A stretch of DNA of 64,000 bases from positions 62,001 through 126,000 of the forward strand of contig OZ251244.1 of assembly GCA_965240325.2 (NCBI GenBank). Reading direction: 5' to 3'. The translations under genes and the position numbers were made by a program. A model generated the notes under the pieces. The model saw only the letters and a list, made by a program, of their open reading frames with translations, did not search any database and had not been told where the DNA came from. This document shows positions 58,423 through 64,000 of this stretch, piece by piece; the first letter of the stretch is position 1, and every line of letters begins with the position of its first letter. The stretch is from Rebecca billardiae RCC1528. Taxonomy: Eukaryota > Protista > Haptophyta.

Positions 58423-58637
58423 CACAGCGCGCGGCGCGCAGATCTGGCAGCGGCGGATGCACGCGTGGAAGTTGCGGCTGGCGGGCTGGGCGTGGAAGTT
58501 GCTGCAAGCGCCAAGCGGTCCGGTGGGTCCGGTTTCATTGCCCTCGGATGCGCCGCGACCGCGAGTGACCGTGACAGTCCGTGACTAGTTCCGGCACAAC
58601 CTCGCGTGTGGCCGTGTGCTGCCACAGCTGCCAGGAC

Positions 58638-60491
58638 TCACGGCCCGTCGCGCCAGCCGCGCAGCTCGACGGGCAGAGCAGCGCCTCGGCCACCGCGGCC
58701 CCCACCGCCCGCCCCAACCGCATCCCTCGGCGCGCCCCCGGCCGCACGCGCGGCGGCGGCGGCGCCACCGGCCGCACCGGCCGCGGCCGGTCCGGCGGCG
58801 CGTCGCTTCGGCCTGCGCAGCCCGCCCGCCCCGGCGGGGAAGTTCCACTTGAAGGAGCAGCCGTAGTACTCCTCGCCGTCGAGGTCGTGGAAGTGCGCGT
58901 ACGCGCTGCCGTACCGCAGCGCGTACGCCAGCCGGCCGTAGTTGGACGAGAAGGTGCCGACGAACCAGCGGCAGCGCGCCATCAGCAGCAGCTGCGAGAC
59001 CATCGACAGGCCCTCGTCCACACCGGACTTCCCGGACTGCCCGCCCGGACTGGGGCGCGCGTCGTAGTACCCGCCGCCGCCGCCCGGGCCGCCGAGCGGG
59101 TTGCTCGAGCCGCGGAGCAGCGCCGCCATCGACTGCGCGCGCTTCTCCGGCGTGATGAACTGCGCCGCTCGGGCGGGCGGGATGCGGGCGGTGCGGGCGG
59201 TGCGGGCGGGGCGGGCGGTGCGGGCGGTGCGGGCGGTGCGGGCGGTGCGGGCGGTGCGGGCGGTGCGGGCGGTGCGGGCGGTGCGGGCGGTGCGGGCGGT
59301 GCGGGCGGTGCGGGCGGTGCGGGCGGTGCGGGCGGTGCGGGCGGTGCGGGCGGTGCGGGCGGTGCGGGCGGTGCGGGCGGTGCGGGCGGTGCGGGCGGTG
59401 CGGGCGGTGCGGGCGGGGCGGGCGGGGCGGGCGGGGCGGGCGGGGCGGGCGGGGCGGGCGGGGCGGGCGGGGCGGAGGCGGCGGCGGCCGCGCTGAGCGG
59501 CGCGCGTGCGTGGCGGCGCGGCGGCGGCGGCGCGCGGCGCGCGGCGCACCTCGTCGCCGGGCACGGAGAGCACGCGCACGCCGGGCGCGCCCGCCGCCGC
59601 GAGCGCCCTCGGCATCTGCTCGAACACCGCCGGGTCGTCCGAGCCGAGCAGCACGGCCTCGCAGCCGTGCCAGCGCGCCAGCAGCGCCACCTGTCGAGCG
59701 TACGCGCTGCTCGGGTGGTGCACGCCCTCGTGCTTGTCGCCGTGGCGCACGTGGACGGCGGCGACGCGGGCGTACGCGCGCGGCGCGTCGAGGCCGAGCT
59801 CGGCCTCCAGCCGGCGCACGTTGCTCGCCAGCCGGCGCGTCGGCCGCGTCACGTACCGCAGCGCGTGCGCGCGGAACCAAAGCGCCGAGCGGCCGCGAGA
59901 GAGCCGCGCGGCCGCGGAGAGCGCCGCCGCGTCGAAGCGGTTGTTGAAGCAGCCGGTGCGCGTCTCGGGCACGCTCTGCGCGGGCAGGCGCGGCGTGCAG
60001 TTGGTCAGCGGGCGGAAGTAGCACTCGAACGAGCGCCGCGCGCACAGCCGCGGGTCGGCGTACGCCAGCTTGGCCGCGCCCAGGCTGAAGACCCGGCCCA
60101 CCTGCGCCGCGCCCACCAGCGACTCGGTGAGGGAGGCGAGCTGCGAGCCGATGCCGGACTTGCGCCCGCCCCAGCGGACGAACCTGCGCACGGACGCGCA
60201 GTCGCGCGGGTGCTGCTGCGCGTGCAGCCAGCGCAGGAACACCACCGAGTCGTTGGCCGCGGCCGCGCCGCCGCCGGACGGATGCGGCGGCGCGTCGTCG
60301 CGACGCGCGAGCCGGCCGCCGTCGAGGCTGAGGCGGCCGGCGCCGTCGTCGCCGTCGTCGTCGTCGTCGCCCGCGCGCCTGCGCTCGAACGGCACAGCGC
60401 CGTCCGCGACGGGCGCGGGCGGTGCGGCCGCGCGAGGCGCGCACGCAGCGCAGAGCAGCAGCAGCAGCAGCCGCCGGCCGCTGGCTGCCAT
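58638..60491 (-). CDS. Alpha-1,6-fucosyltransferase-like glycosyltransferase (GT23; 2 exons)
   Basis: SGIGSQL, FECYFRPLTNC, VAAVHVRHGDK, LGSDD, FVGTFSSNYGRLAY; intron ~59549-59161. Confidence 0.85.
   Translation of the reverse strand: MAASGRRLLLLLLCAACAPRAAAPPAPVADGAVPFERRRAGDDDDDGDDGAGRLSLDGGRLARRDDAPPHPSGGGAAAANDSVVFLRWLHAQQHPRDCASVRRFVRWGGRKSGIGSQLASLTESLVGAAQVGRVFSLGAAKLAYADPRLCARRSFECYFRPLTNCTPRLPAQSVPETRTGCFNNRFDAAALSAAARLSRGRSALWFRAHALRYVTRPTRRLASNVRRLEAELGLDAPRAYARVAAVHVRHGDKHEGVHHPSSAYARQVALLARWHGCEAVLLGSDDPAVFEQMPRALAAAGAPGVRVLSVPGDEVRRAPRAAAAAPPRTRAAQRGRRRLRPARPARPARPARPARPARPARTARTARTARTARTARTARTARTARTARTARTARTARTARTARTARTARTARTARTARTARTARTARPARTARTARIPPARAAQFITPEKRAQSMAALLRGSSNPLGGPGGGGGYYDARPSPGGQSGKSGVDEGLSMVSQLLLMARCRWFVGTFSSNYGRLAYALRYGSAYAHFHDLDGEEYYGCSFKWNFPAGAGGLRRPKRRAAGPAAAGAAGGAAAAARAAGGAPRDAVGAGGGGRGGRGAALPVELRGWRDGP
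59183..59475. repeat. Intronic 9-bp minisatellite (GCGGGCGGT/GCGGGCGGG)n
   Basis: About 30 tandem copies inside the GT23 intron. Confidence 0.9.
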
Positions 60492-60559
60492 CGTTCTCCG
60501 CCTGGGCGTGGGCACGCGCTTCCGCGAATGACGGTTGGCCGGGTCGCGAGCTCGCCAGC

Positions 60560-61648
60560 ATGACGGCATCGCGCGCGCTCGGACTCGGGCTCGCGCTGGT
60601 GGGCGCGCTCGCGCTCATCGGCTCGCTGCCGCGCGAAGCGCGGCCCGCGCCGGCGGCACACCCGCCGGCGGCGCCCCGCCGGCGCTCGCTCCTCTCGCGC
60701 CTGCGCGGCGTGCGCCGGCCGGCGCGCGGCGCGTGGAGCGTGCTGACGCCCACGTCGGGCGCGGCCGAGCCTCGGCACGAGTGCACGCTCGCCGAGCTCG
60801 GCGGCAAGCTGTACCTGATCGGCGGGCGCGGGCGGCACCACGTTGACGTGTGGGACCCGAGCAGCTCGAGCTGGCGCCGCGGGCGCACGCGCCACGCCGA
60901 GCTGCACCACGCGCAGCCGATCGCGTACCGAGATACAATCTGGCTGTGGGGCGGGATGGTCGGCCCGTACCCGGACGAGAAGCCGGTGGCGCACGTGCTG
61001 CTGTACGAGCCGCGCTCGGACACGGTGCGCAACGGCCCGCGCCTCCCGCGCGGCCGCGCGCGCGGCTCGGGCGGCGCCGCCCTCGCCGACGGGCGCATGC
61101 TCTTCGCGGGCGGTATCGTGGACGGTCACAACGGCGGCGCCGTGCCGTGGCTCGACGCGTACGAGCCGGAGCGGGGCGCGTGGGCGCGGCTGCCCGACGC
61201 GCCGCACGCGCGGGACCACTTCGCCGCGGTGGCGCTCGGCCGCGCGCTCTACCTCGCGGGCGGGCGCACCACCTCGCTGCGCACCGGCCAGCTGCTCGAC
61301 CTCACGGTCGCCCCCGTGGACGTGTTCGATTTCGAATCTCAGCGCTGGAGCACGCTGCGCGAGCCGCTGCCGACGCTGCGCGCGGGGGTGGCGGCGGTGG
61401 CGCTGGGCGGGGAGCTGGTGGTGATCGGCGGCGAGAGCGCCGCGCAGCGTGCCGCGCACGACGAGGTCGAGGCGTACGACCCCCGCGCGCGCGCGTGGCG
61501 CGCGCTGCCGCGGCTCGCCGAGGGCGCGCACGGCACGGGCGCGGTCGCGCTCGGCGGGCGGATCTACCTCGCGGGCGGAGCGGCGACGCGCGGCGGAGAC
61601 GCTGGGCCGCCGCGCGAGAGCGCGCTGGTGCAGGTCTACCAGCCCTGA
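60560..61648 (+). CDS. Secreted Kelch-repeat protein
   Basis: Signal peptide; RHE...LYLIGG, HH.Q...WGG, RDHF...LYLAGG, VVIGGE...VEAYDP repeats. Confidence 0.9.
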   Translation: MTASRALGLGLALVGALALIGSLPREARPAPAAHPPAAPRRRSLLSRLRGVRRPARGAWSVLTPTSGAAEPRHECTLAELGGKLYLIGGRGRHHVDVWDPSSSSWRRGRTRHAELHHAQPIAYRDTIWLWGGMVGPYPDEKPVAHVLLYEPRSDTVRNGPRLPRGRARGSGGAALADGRMLFAGGIVDGHNGGAVPWLDAYEPERGAWARLPDAPHARDHFAAVALGRALYLAGGRTTSLRTGQLLDLTVAPVDVFDFESQRWSTLREPLPTLRAGVAAVALGGELVVIGGESAAQRAAHDEVEAYDPRARAWRALPRLAEGAHGTGAVALGGRIYLAGGAATRGGDAGPPRESALVQVYQP

Positions 61649-62148
61649 GCGCCGGCCGCCACCCACCCGCCGCCGGGTGGTCGGCACCAATAACCCGCCG
61701 CAGCGCTTCGACGGTCGTCCCGGAGCAGCAGCGCGGAGCAGATTGAGTTTGCTTGCTATTAAAGTATTATTATAAACGGACTACGACAGTGCGGCGATTA
61801 ATTGGCAGCCGCGGCGCACCGGCGCCGAGTAGGGCCCCGCGGACTCGCGATCCGCGCGAGATCCGGTGGAGAGAGAGAGAGACGAGAGCAGAGTAGACGA
61901 CGAGAGTCACTGAGAGAGACGACAGACAGATCGAGGCACGGCGTCACTCAGGCACGGAGCAGTCCGTCTTATTATTATTATTATTATTAGTATATATATA
62001 TTAATTATACATATATAATTATTATTATATATATTGCATCATCATACGTATAGTGACTGGCGGGCTGGCACCGCGCGGACGACAAGGCATCAGAGCCGCC
62101 TATATGCATCGTCGGTGTGCATCCGCTACTATCGTCGCGTATATTTCG

Positions 62149-63363
62149 TCAGCCCAGCCGACCAGTGACGGTGCTCCAGCCCGCGAACGGCTCCACGCCC
62201 AGCAGAGCGAAGAGTGCGTCGTTGTGTGGCGCGTAAAACTCGCGCAGGGCGGCGCGCGTGTGGTTGGCCATGGGCGCCTCCGGAGCTTTGTGTCTGCGGT
62301 GGGCCCGCGTGCCGTTTGCGCCCGCCTCGGCACTCGCGGCGCCGCCAGCGCTCGCGCCCAGCTGCTCGCGCCGCACCCACGCGGCGATGGCCTCTGCGCA
62401 TGCGATCTCGTCACGCCCCACGCAGCGCGAGAAGTCGACGAACCGGATCGAGGCGGCGCGGTGGTAGTGCAGCCAGCCCGGGAGGAAGCGTGCGTACATG
62501 CCGCGGCGCACGGGCAGGAACTGGAGTGCCCTGCCCCTCCCCATGTGGCACCCTTGCCAGCCGGTGCGCCCGCAAAGGGGCGGGTACGCCGCGCACGCGG
62601 CCACATCGCAGCACCGCCTCAGTCGCTCTGCGGCCGCGGATGCGTTCGGGGCGTCGTACGAGGCGGCAGGCGGCTCGAGGCACGCGCGCGCGATGGCCAT
62701 GTCGACGCGTGCGAGCACGTCGAACCCTTCGACCACCCCCTCCCCCGAGGCGTTCATGCCGAGCTCGGGCAGGATCGACTCTTTGAACATCCCGTACCCG
62801 GAGTACGCTCTGGCCACGGGCTCGCGAAGTATGATCACGATGGACACCAGCTTCCCGGCGGAGGTGAACGCCTCACACACGCGGCGCGGCGTCCAGGGGT
62901 TGTCCAGGTACGCCGGCGTCTTCTCGATGCGCACGATGATGCGCGAGTGCGCCCTGCGGCAGTGTGAGAAGTGATCCAGCGCGTACTGCCTCAGCGCGGC
63001 CGCGGTGACCATGGCGTCCTGCCAGCGACGGCCGCTGAAGAAGTGGGGTTCGCCCGCGGCCGAGCATGTACGCAGCGTGGCGGCGCTCGCTCCGAAGCGA
63101 TGCATCAGCGTCGACGTGCCGCCCTTTTGCACGCCGGCGACCAGCAGATGCGGCAACGTCCTGCACACAAAGTCCTTGCACACCTCGCGCCGCTGGCTAG
63201 GGACGGTCGCACAGCCGCGGTATAGATCCAGCGCCGAACGGCTCGTCGCCAGGACGAGCCCAGCTTCGTGCTCGGCCTGTGTGACCTGGCCGAGTGCCAT
63301 GACGTGGCCGTCGCTTGCGCGGGGCGCCGCCGCAAGGACGATGAGGACGACGACGACGCCCAT
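62149..63363 (-). CDS. Sulfotransferase (heparan-sulfate sulfotransferase-like fold) with signal/anchor
   Basis: 5'-PSB GVQKGGTSTL, EPHFF, EKTPAY, 3'-PB ILREPVARAYSGY, LREFYAPHN; intronless. Confidence 0.9.
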   Translation of the reverse strand: MGVVVVLIVLAAAPRASDGHVMALGQVTQAEHEAGLVLATSRSALDLYRGCATVPSQRREVCKDFVCRTLPHLLVAGVQKGGTSTLMHRFGASAATLRTCSAAGEPHFFSGRRWQDAMVTAAALRQYALDHFSHCRRAHSRIIVRIEKTPAYLDNPWTPRRVCEAFTSAGKLVSIVIILREPVARAYSGYGMFKESILPELGMNASGEGVVEGFDVLARVDMAIARACLEPPAASYDAPNASAAAERLRRCCDVAACAAYPPLCGRTGWQGCHMGRGRALQFLPVRRGMYARFLPGWLHYHRAASIRFVDFSRCVGRDEIACAEAIAAWVRREQLGASAGGAASAEAGANGTRAHRRHKAPEAPMANHTRAALREFYAPHNDALFALLGVEPFAGWSTVTGRLG

Positions 63364-63470
63364 GGCGGCGGCGCGAGATAGTACTCATCCAAGATTCATG
63401 CAAGCGCATCATACCGGCGGCGCTACCATCGGCGACGGCTTCATGGGCGGTGACAGTTGGCGGGCGTCAA

Positions 63471-63516
63471 TCTCGCCTGCCTGAGCTGTGTGCGTCTCTT
63501 ATTCTTAGTAAACTGT
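63471..63516. repeat. 46-bp dispersed repeat, copy 2
   Basis: Identical to 45849-45894; partial third copy TAGTAAACTGTA at ~63558. Confidence 0.95.
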
Positions 63517-64000
63517 TCTGTAATGCACGTTATGTTTTATAATATAATAGTACGTACTAGTAAACTGTATCAGCGCTGTCGTCAGTCGTGACGCTTCGGC
63601 GCGTCAACAACCCGCGCTGTAGTGCAGTACCACACGCGTCGCCGACGAGGCTGCACACGCTCGCGCCTGGCCGATACACACGGCCGGCTCGCTCTGCGTG
63701 TGGTGAACCACGCTCGCAGATGAGCGGCCGGGGCGAACCTCGGAGATCGGGCCCGGTGACGAAACATGGCAGCGCCCCGGGACGCGTGGCCGGCGCTGTG
63801 CCGGGCGACACGCATCAGGTGCTCGTTTCGCGTGGTGCGGCGTCGGACCAGTCGCGGGCTTGGGCGCTTGGCACATTGCCGCACCTTCCCACTCTTCGGC
63901 CACTCCCGCCTCAGGTCCGCGCACGCGCGCCTCTCTCGCCGCTCGCGTGGGGCTCGCTTTCACCAGCCGCCCGTGCACCCGCCTCACAATCGAGCCGCGC

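Overview
Very GC-rich eukaryotic genomic DNA with short CG-repeat-rich introns, several with GC-AG boundaries. This pattern and the signal-peptide-bearing plastid-type proteins suggest a haptophyte-like alga (inference only). About 22 host-type genes are recognisable: EsV-1-7 repeat protein, AAA ATPase, F-box/RCC1, NAD-GPDH, membrane-anchored GH10, Orai-like, MORN, RING coiled-coil, PLPBP/YggS, METTL21-like methyltransferase, KH-domain protein, HutX/ChuX-like, EamA-MDR fusion, rubredoxin-domain protein, vWA-CaaX, PrsW-like, GT23-like, Kelch, sulfotransferase and a few hypotheticals. The most unusual region is about 23.97-30.82 kb, a probable TIR/TSD-bounded composite element. It contains a tandem dimer of a ~665-bp unit with 96-bp palindromic ends, TGT...ACA termini and a 5-bp TSD. 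It also contains a decayed AEP/PrimPol-like primase gene flanked by oppositely oriented ~200-bp tandem arrays carrying CTTTACA boxes. Other accessory features are several MITE-like elements, a 1658-bp tandem duplication, an RTX-like pseudogene, and a 46-bp motif shared upstream of two intronless genes. All calls come from reading motifs by eye; no searches were run.
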